A DNA stretch of 64,000 bases. Source: an uncultured Deferribacteres bacterium. Lineage in GTDB: Bacteria > Zhuqueibacterota > Zhuqueibacteria > Zhuqueibacterales > Geothermadaptataceae. This document shows, in pieces, positions 1 to 8,751 of this stretch (the first letter of the stretch is position 1; every line of letters starts with the position of its first letter). Location of the stretch: NCBI GenBank assembly GCA_964014485.1, contig CAXHAT010000011.1, positions 1-64,000 of the forward strand, read 5' to 3'. Position numbers and translations under genes: made by a program. The notes under the pieces were generated by a model. It made no database searches and was not told where the DNA came from. It saw only the letters and a program-made list of their open reading frames with translations.

Positions 1-49
1 TACGAAAAACAGCCAATATAAGAAACCGAATCAAATCGATAACGCTCAG

Positions 50-316
50 AAATAGTGACTATTCAGCCTGATTTTCAGCTACAGCATCAGGGTTTGGAGT
101 TCTTGTAGTGGATTTTTATTCTGCTTGACAGCGGTAGCGAGGAAGGCCTTAATGCGGCAAAAAATCTCCGGCGGCTTTCGAACTCAAAAAGGTGCGGAAA
201 TGTTTTGTCGCATCAAGGGCTTTCTGAAAACCGCCGTCAAACAGGGAAAAAATCCGCTCTACGAACTGCAAACCGTACTCAAATAGGGCCAAAATCAGGC
301 TGAATAGTTACTGTTT
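50..316. repeat. ~265-bp foldback (long imperfect inverted repeat) element, MITE/REP-like
   Basis: Ends aaatagtgactattcagcctgatttt and aaaatcaggctgaatagttactgttt are complementary; imperfect complementarity continues for ~120 bp per arm. Confidence 0.8.
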
Positions 317-453
317 TTGAATGGTAACTAAATGTATTTTAACACATTAAGGCGCCAGGAATATTTCAATAACCGGACAGTACTGATTTGGGGTATATTC
401 ATTTTCTTTCGAAAATCCGGCCCAAGCGAAATATTCGACCTTACGCTTTTCTT

Positions 454-834
454 TTAAGCGGCGGATTTGGCCAACAAGTACGGCTGAATCAAAATATCAG
501 CCGAAATGCCCAAACCGTCATGTAACCGTCGGATCATATCAATGGTTAAGGCTGCTCTGCGGTTCAATACAGTTTCGACAGCGGCTTTATTTCCGATAAA
601 AGGATGTAAAGCGTCTTGCTTTAAACCGCGGCTTTCAAAGTGGTATTGAATCGCCTCAATTGGGTCAGGTAATGGAATAACACGGCGTCGTTCTTCATAA
701 ACTTCAACCAGCGTGGCCAAAACTTCCAGGCGGTCGCCCTCCGGCGTTCCCGGCTCTGCATCAAATAGACGTTCGACGCCTTCAAGCGCCGCATTGTAAT
801 CGGCTTCAGTTTTCAGCGGTTTAATTTTCATCAC
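454..834 (-). CDS. HigA-like antitoxin / HTH transcriptional regulator
   Basis: IKPLKTEADY..AL, PGTPEGDRLEVLATLVEVYE, LPDPIEAI and C-terminal HTH (LTIDMIRRLHDGLGISADIL) are typical of HigA. Confidence 0.85.
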   Translation of the reverse strand: MMKIKPLKTEADYNAALEGVERLFDAEPGTPEGDRLEVLATLVEVYEERRRVIPLPDPIEAIQYHFESRGLKQDALHPFIGNKAAVETVLNRRAALTIDMIRRLHDGLGISADILIQPYLLAKSAA

Positions 835-841
835 TCAAGAC

Positions 842-1111
842 TCACGACGCGTGTTCAGCGAGTCGGTTCTTTTTCTCCAATGTTTTTCCTTCCGTATACA
901 AAGTATCAGGGCAAAAATCCTGGCCGCCTTGCCATTGAACACTGCCTAGAAACGGCTTGACTGAATTGAAAACGTTCTTGTTTTTTAACTCACGAAAAAT
1001 ACCTTTGTCAAGATAAGGCTTTACGTCAAAGATTCTGATTTCGTCGTTAGTGAAAGTAATTGTCAGCGTAAAATCAGAGTTGGGCTTGACGCTTTTAACT
1101 CGGGGATTCAT
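842..1111 (-). CDS. DUF2442 domain protein (putative antitoxin)
   Basis: VKSVKP..DFTLTITFTNDE.R.FDVKPYL..G.F..L; W..GQDFCPDTLY. Confidence 0.85.
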   Translation of the reverse strand: MNPRVKSVKPNSDFTLTITFTNDEIRIFDVKPYLDKGIFRELKNKNVFNSVKPFLGSVQWQGGQDFCPDTLYTEGKTLEKKNRLAEHAS

Positions 1112-1123
1112 AAGCTCAGTTCA

Positions 1124-1393
1124 CTATTTTAGCGGTTCAATTTTGAAGATATTCTCCCCTTGGGAAGCCAATTGCCAATTCGCCATCAGTTCTTCCTGGT
1201 GAATTTCCAACCAGGCCAACACCAGCTTCATCTTTTTGTTCTTTAACCCGCCTTCAAGCAATTTTCCATCCGGAATTGAAAGCACCGCCTCTTCCTCCTG
1301 ATATCTGACATGAATGTGCGGCAAGTGGTGGTGTTGATTGTCGAAATAGTACATCGATACAATAACACCATAAAACATTGAAATGACGGCCAT
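1124..1393 (-). CDS. DUF4160 domain protein (putative toxin)
   Basis: ISMFYGVIVSMYY..H.LPHIHVRY; W.EIHQEELMANW; KIEPL; adjacent to DUF2442 as usual. Confidence 0.88.
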   Translation of the reverse strand: MAVISMFYGVIVSMYYFDNQHHHLPHIHVRYQEEEAVLSIPDGKLLEGGLKNKKMKLVLAWLEIHQEELMANWQLASQGENIFKIEPLK

Positions 1394-1488
1394 AGCTTTA
1401 ATATCTGTTTAATTTTAAAAGCTTGCGACAAATTTAACCAATAAATAAAATCAAATTCTCAATTTGAATCAAGTCGCTTGTTCAAGCA

Positions 1489-2238
1489 TCAAAGCGTTCC
1501 GCTCAGCACGGCAAGATAGAAAAAAATGCAGGCAAAAACGACGGCGATAAACACGACGTAGCTCACCAGCGACAAAACTAACGCTTGTACGGCCTGCAGA
1601 ACGCCGGACTTTTGGTTGAACTGCATCAGCGCCATTGGCATGTGGACAAGAATCATAAAAATGTAAAGATAATAAAGGGCTGGATGGATAGCGGAGAGCG
1701 GAATCAAAAATGCAGTGACGAGCACATAGAGACTGACCACGAACAGGGCGAAAGTAAAATGCTCGGTGTAATTGAATTTTCTTGGCCAGTAAAACAGCCG
1801 TGAACAGGCGGAAAATATGAGGATCAAAAAAATGGTGAAAAAATTCATATGCTCGGAAGCGAATTGCCCCGCGCGTACGGAAATGTGCGGCTGTCCCGGG
1901 GGCGGTGCGGATTGCCCGGAGAGCCGCATCTGGTTTTCAACCGGATCGAAATCGAATAACGTTTTGACAATCAGGACGATCGCAAAGGAAAACAGGTAGA
2001 ATTTGATTGGCGGATAAAAAGCGATGCGGCGACCGCTCACATACTCGTGCGCCAAAACGCCTGGCTTCAGAAAAGCCGTTTTGATCGTCCGTGCTAGCGG
2101 AGTATCGAGGCTGACCAAGCGATTGAAAGCTTCATCGAATAAATCCGAGAAAAAAATGCGGCCTTTGTTCATGCGCTGACCGCAGGCTTCGCAGAATTGA
2201 CCGCGCAGTTCTGTTTCGCAGTTTTTGCAGTTATTCAT
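1489..2238 (-). CDS. DUF3667 domain membrane protein
   Basis: N-terminal Zn ribbon CKNC..GQFCEACGQ; KPG.L..EY..GRR..F.PP.KFYL; several TM helices. Confidence 0.85.
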   Translation of the reverse strand: MNNCKNCETELRGQFCEACGQRMNKGRIFFSDLFDEAFNRLVSLDTPLARTIKTAFLKPGVLAHEYVSGRRIAFYPPIKFYLFSFAIVLIVKTLFDFDPVENQMRLSGQSAPPPGQPHISVRAGQFASEHMNFFTIFLILIFSACSRLFYWPRKFNYTEHFTFALFVVSLYVLVTAFLIPLSAIHPALYYLYIFMILVHMPMALMQFNQKSGVLQAVQALVLSLVSYVVFIAVVFACIFFYLAVLSGTL

Positions 2239-2903
2239 CGGATGCGAATCGCGGTGAGTTTGTCCAAATTGGGGAAATCGCGGTCAAGATGAGCGTTGCC
2301 TTCGTTAAACATTCTGTCCTGCCTGCCCAGGCGCATGCCGCCGCCTGCGTCTTCGCCGTATTCCGAATAAATTTTAGCGACGACTTCGTCCATTCCTTCG
2401 ACAATCCTGCCAATCGGCGCGAAGCCTTGTGCGTCAAGTCTTGAGTTGTCATCCAGATTGATGTAGATTTGCGTTGTTCGGGTGTCCGGCCCGGTCATAG
2501 CAAAAGCCGCCGCGCCGCGCGTGTTGCTTTGTTTCACCGGATCATCCGGCATGGCGCGCTCCCGCCAGTGCTGCGAAATTGCGGGGTCGCCGGGAATGCC
2601 GAATTGCACGATAAAACCGGCGCGCACGCGAAAGAAACGCGAATCGTCATAAAAACCGGCTCGGGCAAGATTGTAAAAACGGTCAACGCCGATCGGCGCC
2701 CAGCCGCGAAAGACGCGCAATGCAAATTCGCCCCTGCTTGTTTCAAAAACCGCATCGAAACTGTCAGGAGCGGCGGTTTTCCAGAATGCGTTTTCAGGGT
2801 CAGTTAAATGCTGTTTGAAATTTTCTGTCGGAGTATTCTCCGTAGAATCATCAGTAGGCTGGCAGGCAAGACAAAAAATAGCCAGATATTTTAACGCTTT
2901 CAT
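2235..2903 (-). CDS. Cyclophilin-type peptidyl-prolyl cis-trans isomerase, probable lipoprotein
   Basis: WAPIGVDRFYNL, FFRV..GFIVQFGI, AFAMTGPDTRTTQIYINL, GFAPIGRIVEGM; lipobox-like CLAC. Confidence 0.9.
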   Translation of the reverse strand: MKALKYLAIFCLACQPTDDSTENTPTENFKQHLTDPENAFWKTAAPDSFDAVFETSRGEFALRVFRGWAPIGVDRFYNLARAGFYDDSRFFRVRAGFIVQFGIPGDPAISQHWRERAMPDDPVKQSNTRGAAAFAMTGPDTRTTQIYINLDDNSRLDAQGFAPIGRIVEGMDEVVAKIYSEYGEDAGGGMRLGRQDRMFNEGNAHLDRDFPNLDKLTAIRIR

Positions 2904-2934
2904 TTTGCAGTTTTAAAACGGGATAAATTAAAAA

Positions 2935-4011
2935 ATGAATCGACGCAATTTTATTCAAAAGACCGCTTTGGCGACTTCAGCTTTTGTGCTCAATCAACGA
3001 CTTGTCGCACAAACGACAGACAAGCCGATCATCATCGACGGCATGGGCGAAGTACGGCTCGAATATTCGGAATCGTTGATCAGTGAAATGATTGCCAGCG
3101 GCATCAACGCCGTACAAATTACGCTGGGAAACCCCGCTCTGCAAGGCGCATCAGCCTGGCAGGACGTTCTCGATGAAATCGCCGCCTATGAAGCGCACAT
3201 TCGCCTGCGAAAAAAGCAATTTTTGAAAGCGACAACCGCCGCTGATATTGACCGAGCGAAGAAGGAAAAGCGCATCGCCTTGTTTTATCTATTTCAAAAC
3301 ACCTCGCCGATTGGCGATGATTTAGGCGGACTTAAATTTTTCTATGACCTGGGGGTGCGAACGATTCAATTGACATACAATTTCAGAAACCTTGTCGGCG
3401 ACGGCTGCCTGGAGCGCACGGAAGCAGGATTGTCGAATTTTGGCTTGCGCGTCATCGAACGAATGAATGCGTTAGGCTTGCTGATCGACCTCTCCCACGC
3501 CGGAATGAAAACCATGGCCGAAGCGATCCACTTTTCGAAAGGGCCGGTTGCGATCACGCACTCCGGCTGCAAAGCCGTTTTTGATCATCCCCGCAACGTT
3601 TCCGATGAAAACCTGCGCGCTTTGGGCGAGAAGGGCGGCGTCATTGGCATTTACCAAATCAACCCGTACATCAGCGCCAAAGAACGCTCGACGCTGGACG
3701 ATTACATGAATCACATCGACCACGCCGTTAAAACGGCGGGCGTCGAAAGCGTGGGCATTGGCAGCGATCGCGAGCACAAAACAATTCCCGACACCGAAGA
3801 AGAAAAACGAAAGCTGGAACAGGAATTATCGCGATTGAAGCCGAATAAAAAAGCCTCGTTTCGCTGGCCGTTTTTTATTTCCGAGCTCAACGGCCCGCGC
3901 CGCATGGAAGCGATTTGGGGCGCTTTGGGCAAGCGCGGTTATTCTTCGGGTGATCGCGATAAAGTTATGGGCGGGAATTTTTATCGGTTGATCAAAGAAG
4001 TGATGGGGTGA
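2935..4011 (+). CDS. Membrane dipeptidase (peptidase M19) with Tat signal
   Basis: NRRNF Tat motif; GVRTIQLTYN, GLSNFG..VIERMN, IDLSH, THS, HPRN..DE, VGIGSD. Confidence 0.88.
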   Translation: MNRRNFIQKTALATSAFVLNQRLVAQTTDKPIIIDGMGEVRLEYSESLISEMIASGINAVQITLGNPALQGASAWQDVLDEIAAYEAHIRLRKKQFLKATTAADIDRAKKEKRIALFYLFQNTSPIGDDLGGLKFFYDLGVRTIQLTYNFRNLVGDGCLERTEAGLSNFGLRVIERMNALGLLIDLSHAGMKTMAEAIHFSKGPVAITHSGCKAVFDHPRNVSDENLRALGEKGGVIGIYQINPYISAKERSTLDDYMNHIDHAVKTAGVESVGIGSDREHKTIPDTEEEKRKLEQELSRLKPNKKASFRWPFFISELNGPRRMEAIWGALGKRGYSSGDRDKVMGGNFYRLIKEVMG

Positions 4012-4123
4012 GTTATTGGGGCAAAGGCACATAGGCGCAAAGTTTTGCACTCCTCACCAGCAGGTCATGCTTGCTCTGCAAAAGAATTTGGGATTACAGC
4101 AGATGAGCGCGGTTTTGTTGGTG

Positions 4124-4963
4124 CTATGCCATTCCGGTCAGTTTCTCGCTCAAGTTCCACAAACGTTTCCAAGCCTCTCGATCACAAGAAGCGTCAGAAG
4201 ATTTTTGCACGCGTTTGTTGACAAAATATTTCCCGCTAACGTCTTCCATTTCCGGCGAGGACGCAAGAAAAACAGAAGTTTCCGCGCCTTTTTTGGGGCT
4301 GGTGAGAAGCGGGGCGCCGAGCTTGAATAAAAATTGGAAGAACTTTGTGCCGCCTCGCCCAAATCCCGTCGCGACGACGCCCGGGTGAAGACAATTCACC
4401 GTCACACCCATTCCTTCCAAGCGCTCGGCCAGTTCGTAGGTGAACATCACATTGGCCAGTTTCGATTGTGCGTATGCGCGAAAACTTTGAAAGTCCTTCT
4501 CTCCATAGAGATCATCGAAATTCATTGTCGTTCGCATATGCGCCCGCGAGGCAACGTTCACAATGCGTGAAGGGGCGCTGGCTTTGAGCTTGTCGAGCAG
4601 CAAATTCGTCAGCAGAAAATAACCGAGATGGTTGACGGCGAAAGTGGTCTCAATCCCGTCCACGGTCAATTTGCGCTCACCGAAAATCGCTCCGGCATTG
4701 TTCACCAGCACGTCCAGGCGGTCATATTTTTGATTGAACTCTTCCGCCACGCGCCGAATCGATTCTTGCGATGAAAAATCGGCAAGCAGCAAATCGACTT
4801 TTTCATTGCCGCTTTTCTTTTTGATTTCGGCCTGCGCGGATTCCCCTCTGCTCTTATCCCGGCAAATCATCACCACATGCCCGCCCATTTTTGCCAATTC
4901 GATCGCGGTTATTTTTCCGATGCCGATGTTGCTGCCGGTAACGATACAGATTTTGCCGTTCAT
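4124..4963 (-). CDS. SDR family oxidoreductase (retinol dehydrogenase-like)
   Basis: TGSNIGIG, LVNNAG, FAVNHLG, YAQSK catalytic motif, LHPGVVAT. Confidence 0.92.
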   Translation of the reverse strand: MNGKICIVTGSNIGIGKITAIELAKMGGHVVMICRDKSRGESAQAEIKKKSGNEKVDLLLADFSSQESIRRVAEEFNQKYDRLDVLVNNAGAIFGERKLTVDGIETTFAVNHLGYFLLTNLLLDKLKASAPSRIVNVASRAHMRTTMNFDDLYGEKDFQSFRAYAQSKLANVMFTYELAERLEGMGVTVNCLHPGVVATGFGRGGTKFFQFLFKLGAPLLTSPKKGAETSVFLASSPEMEDVSGKYFVNKRVQKSSDASCDREAWKRLWNLSEKLTGMA

Positions 4964-5057
4964 TTTTTTAGATTTTTTTTGAAATGCAATCGAGTTTTCA
5001 CAGGATTCGTTGGGGCTTAATCCGGCCTACTTTTCCCAAGAGATGTGAATCTTAGAA

Positions 5058-5792
5058 TTAAAACAGAGAATGAACCAACGCCGCTATGACGGCGCCGAGA
5101 ATGGGGCCGGCGACGGGAATCCAGGCGTAGCCCCAATCGCTGGAGCCTTTGCCTTTAATGGGAAGAACGGCATGAGCAATACGCGGCGCCAAGTCGCGCG
5201 CAGGATTTATGGCGTAGCCGGTCGGGCCGCCGATTCCGATACCGATAACGACGACGAGCAGCGCTACAGGCAATGCACCGATGGAACCGAGTCCTACCTT
5301 TGGATCAGACACTGCGCTGGCGGTAAACTCTGGTTGAGAGAAGTGTAAGATGACAAATATGAGTACAAAAGTAGCGACCGCCTCGGTCATTAAATTACTT
5401 AGCGGGCTGCGAATTTCCGGGCTGGTGGAGAAAGTTCCGAGCTGTGCGCCCTGATCATCTGTTGCATTAAAATGCTCTTTGTAGGCGAGCCAGGCCAGAA
5501 CTGCGCCAATAAACGCGCCGATCATTTGCGCGGCGATGAATGAGCCCACGTCCGCCCAGGGGAATTGGCCAGCGACGGCTAACCCGATTGTGACGGCGGG
5601 GTTGATGTGCGCGCCGCTCACCGGCCCCGCGATGACGACGCCGGAAAAAACCGCGAGTCCCCACCCTAAAGTAATCACGATCCAGCCGCTGTTATTGCCT
5701 TTGGTTCCTTTCAAAACAACATTCGCCACCGTGCCGACGCCGAGTAAAATCAGCATCATCGTCCCCAGAATTTCCGCGATAAAAGGCGTCAT
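5058..5792 (-). CDS. MIP family aquaglyceroporin (GlpF-like); start set at ATG 5792
   Basis: SGAHINPAVT and GYAINPARDL double NPA motifs; multiple TM helices. Confidence 0.92.
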   Translation of the reverse strand: MTPFIAEILGTMMLILLGVGTVANVVLKGTKGNNSGWIVITLGWGLAVFSGVVIAGPVSGAHINPAVTIGLAVAGQFPWADVGSFIAAQMIGAFIGAVLAWLAYKEHFNATDDQGAQLGTFSTSPEIRSPLSNLMTEAVATFVLIFVILHFSQPEFTASAVSDPKVGLGSIGALPVALLVVVIGIGIGGPTGYAINPARDLAPRIAHAVLPIKGKGSSDWGYAWIPVAGPILGAVIAALVHSLF

Positions 5793-5879
5793 TTTCCATC
5801 CACTCCCAATTGTCAATATCCAATTCTATTTTTTGTCGAGTTCATCTCGTATTAATTTTGCATTTCAACATTATAGCTA

Positions 5880-6022
5880 AGAGCGTATTTGGAAAGTCCT
5901 TGTCTTGTCATTCCGTAGGAATCTTTTTGGGTCGCCAGGCATGAACGTTCCGACAGTTGTTGCGGAAAAGTCTAAAAAAGATGCTTACAGCATGACAATT
6001 TTTGATTTTCAAAATACGCTCT
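5880..6022. repeat. Nested REP-like palindrome (GTCAT...ATGAC type)
   Basis: Outer agagcgtattt/aaatacgctct and inner ttgtcat/atgacaa inverted repeats. Confidence 0.65.
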
Positions 6023-7496
6023 AAGCAAGAACTTGCTTCACAACTTTCCCGTGAACGTCCGTCAAACGAAAACGCCGTCCCTGATGTTTAAACGTCAAAC
6101 GCTCATGATCAACACCGAGCAAGTGCATGATCGTTGCCTGAAAATCGTGTACGTGCACCGGGTCTTTGGCGATGTTGTAGCCAAATTCGTCCGTTTGTCC
6201 GAAAGTGAATCCAGCCTTGACCCCGGCCCCGGCCATCCAAACGGTGAAACAGCGCGGATGGTGATCGCGGCCGTAATTTGTTTTGGTAAGTGCGCCTTGC
6301 GAATAGTTCGTCCTGCCGAATTCGCCGCCCCAAATCACCAGCGTGTCCTCGAGCAAGCCTCGCTGCTTTAAATCCATCACCAGCGCTGCGGACGCTTGAT
6401 CCGTGCTTCTGGTCATGATCTCGATGTCTTTGGGCAAATTGCCGTGCTGATCCCAGCCCTGATGGTAAAGCTGGACGAATTTAACGTCGCGTTCAATTAA
6501 GCGACGGGCAAGCAGACAATTGGCTGCAAACGTTCCCGGCACGTCTGCTTCCTGGCCGTACAGCCTAAAAATTGATTCCGGCTCCTGAGAAACGTCCATC
6601 AATTCCGGCACGGAAGTTTGCATGCGATAGGCCATTTCGTATTGCGAGATACGCGATTGAATTTCCGGATCGCGCACGCGCTCGTATTGCTGTTCGTTGA
6701 GTTTGCGAAGATAGTCGAGCATCCTGCGGCGGCTCGTGGCTTTGATTCCGGGCGGATTGTTGAGATAAAGCACCGGGTCTTTCCCGGCGCGAAATTGCAC
6801 GCCTTGATGGAGCGAAGGTAAAAATCCATTTCCCCAAAGTCTTGAGTAAAGCGGTTGGCCGCCTTCCCGTGCGCGTGAAAGCAGAACGACAAAAGACGGA
6901 AGATTGTGATTGTCCGAACCCAAACCATAGCTCAGCCAAGAGCCGATGCTTGGGCGCCCGGGTTGTTGGGAGCCTGTTTGGAAAAAAGTAATCGCCGGAT
7001 CGTGATTTATCGCTTCCGTGTGCATTGATTTGATGAAACATAGCTCATCGGCAATTTTCGCCGTCTGCGGCATCAAATTGCTGATCCAGGCGCCGCTGTT
7101 GCCGTGTTGCGCAAAATCAAATTGCGATCCGGCCATTGGGAAGTTTTTCTGATGCGCCGTCATTCCGGTCAAACGCTGTTTGCCGCGCACGGAATCGGGC
7201 AAATCTTCACCGTTACGCTCGCGAAGCAAGGGCTTGTAATCGAAAAGTTCAAGCTGCGAAGGCCCGCCGCTCTGAAAGAGATAAATGATACGTTTCGCTT
7301 TTGGCGGGAAATGAGGCGCGCTTAAGACGCCTTTCAAAGCTTGATCTGCGCCGGCAGCGGAAGCGCCGGACGAACCGAATAACCCTGCTACGGCCAATCC
7401 GCCCAATCCGAGGCTTGTTTTTGTCAAAAACTGCCGGCGGTTTACTTGATAATCGGGATCGCAATCAAACTCGTGCATCGGCTTTGCTCGTTTCAT
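6021..7496 (-). CDS. DUF1501 domain protein (sulfatase-like fold) with Tat signal
   Basis: NRRQFL Tat motif; PHFPPKAKRIIYLFQSGGPSQ, GWDQH, WGGEFGRT, GRDHHP, RLTDVHG. Confidence 0.9.
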   Translation of the reverse strand: MKRAKPMHEFDCDPDYQVNRRQFLTKTSLGLGGLAVAGLFGSSGASAAGADQALKGVLSAPHFPPKAKRIIYLFQSGGPSQLELFDYKPLLRERNGEDLPDSVRGKQRLTGMTAHQKNFPMAGSQFDFAQHGNSGAWISNLMPQTAKIADELCFIKSMHTEAINHDPAITFFQTGSQQPGRPSIGSWLSYGLGSDNHNLPSFVVLLSRAREGGQPLYSRLWGNGFLPSLHQGVQFRAGKDPVLYLNNPPGIKATSRRRMLDYLRKLNEQQYERVRDPEIQSRISQYEMAYRMQTSVPELMDVSQEPESIFRLYGQEADVPGTFAANCLLARRLIERDVKFVQLYHQGWDQHGNLPKDIEIMTRSTDQASAALVMDLKQRGLLEDTLVIWGGEFGRTNYSQGALTKTNYGRDHHPRCFTVWMAGAGVKAGFTFGQTDEFGYNIAKDPVHVHDFQATIMHLLGVDHERLTFKHQGRRFRLTDVHGKVVKQVLA

Positions 7497-7679
7497 TGGT
7501 TAGGAAGCAGTTTCTTTGACACAAAAGGTTTTTAAAAATTGCGTGTTAATCAAAGTCAATTCGCCCGAAAAGCTGCAAAACGTCGATGGCCGTGTTTCGT
7601 GTCGGGAGCGTCGTATTTGCATTTTGCGCTCCGTCTGGTTATGCTGGATTGCCGGAAAGTAAAAGGTTAGCAGAGAAGA

Positions 7680-8037
7680 ATGGACGACAAAAACACAGCT
7701 CTCGACGAATATTTTAATCGCACTTCAATAGATGCTGCGCGTGCGGGGCGCGATGCAATTTATCCTTTCTCTTGGGTTTGAGGTCTCTTGGAAGCTGAAC
7801 AAGGCAACCATCGATTTTAGGGCCGAACGACAATTTTGCTCCCTTTGGCCGGTTAAAAGTCACATCACTTTCTGGATCACTAAAACTGAGAATGTAAACG
7901 ACCCAAATCAGCGTTTGAAAGGAAACGGCAGAACCGCGAGCACAAAATTAACCAAGTCAGGAGACTTTGATGACGATCTCAAGCGCATCGTTCGTGAATC
8001 GTATCTTTCAGAAGGCTTGAGACCTTTGAAAAAATAG
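7680..8037 (+). pseudogene. Frameshifted DUF1801 (YdhG-like) gene
   Basis: ATG 7680 reads MDDKNTALDEYFNRTSIDAARAGRDA in one frame; the DUF1801-like remainder (FCSLWPVKSHITF..NDPNQRLKGNG..DFDDDLKRIVRESY) is in the +1 frame (ORF 7732-8037). Confidence 0.55.
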
Positions 8038-8133
8038 CTCTTGTTCCATTCCGGGAACAAAGCGTGGAAAGAAAGAATTAGAGAACTCAGTCAAAATATG
8101 TGCGATCATAATTCCGAAAATCGGAGGGTTTGG

Positions 8134-8598
8134 ATGAAATTGTTCTTAAAATTATTCATAACTGGCGGCTTGCTTTTGACGCTCGCAAATTGCGGCGAAA
8201 ACCCGGCTGCCGTTAACCAAAGGGAAGGCATGGATTTTCTAGAAACAAACGGGATGCGTCCTGAAGTCATCACAACTGACAGCGGCTTACAATATGAGGT
8301 GATCACGGAAGGCGACGGCCCTAGACCCACGATCAATGACTTTGTTCGCGTCCACTACGTCGGCACACTGATCGACGGCACGGAATTCGACAGTTCTTTC
8401 AGCCGCGGCCAGCCTGCGGAGTTTCCTGTGGGCGGCGTTATTTCAGGTTGGATTGAAGCCTTGCTTTTGATGAAAGTGGGCAGCAAGTACAAGTTGTACA
8501 TTCCGCCGGCGTTGGGCTACGGCTCTCGCGGCGCCGGGGAGCTCATCGGCCCCAACGAAGTGCTGATTTTCGAAGTCGAACTGTTGGATATTTTGTAG
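8134..8598 (+). CDS. FKBP-type peptidyl-prolyl cis-trans isomerase, probable lipoprotein
   Basis: [58 protein letters not shown] before ATG 8134; LANC lipobox. Confidence 0.92.
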   Translation: MKLFLKLFITGGLLLTLANCGENPAAVNQREGMDFLETNGMRPEVITTDSGLQYEVITEGDGPRPTINDFVRVHYVGTLIDGTEFDSSFSRGQPAEFPVGGVISGWIEALLLMKVGSKYKLYIPPALGYGSRGAGELIGPNEVLIFEVELLDIL

Positions 8599-8646
8599 GC
8601 AAAAGATGCGCATGGTCTGCAGCGCTGACGGTTCTCAAGTCAGCCT

Positions 8647-8721
8647 CTCGTTTGTTTTTCAGGATGAATCTATTTTGCACCGAGTTCTGGCAGAATAGAT
8701 TCTTCCTGAATGACAGACGAG
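8647..8721. repeat. REP-like palindrome (ttcagga.gaatctatt/aatagattc.tcctgaatgac), same family as 25119-25186; possible bidirectional terminator
   Basis: Inverted repeat between convergent FKBP and uvrA genes. Confidence 0.7.
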
Positions 8722-8751
8722 GGAAAACCGTGCGGAAATTTTCTGTAAGCG

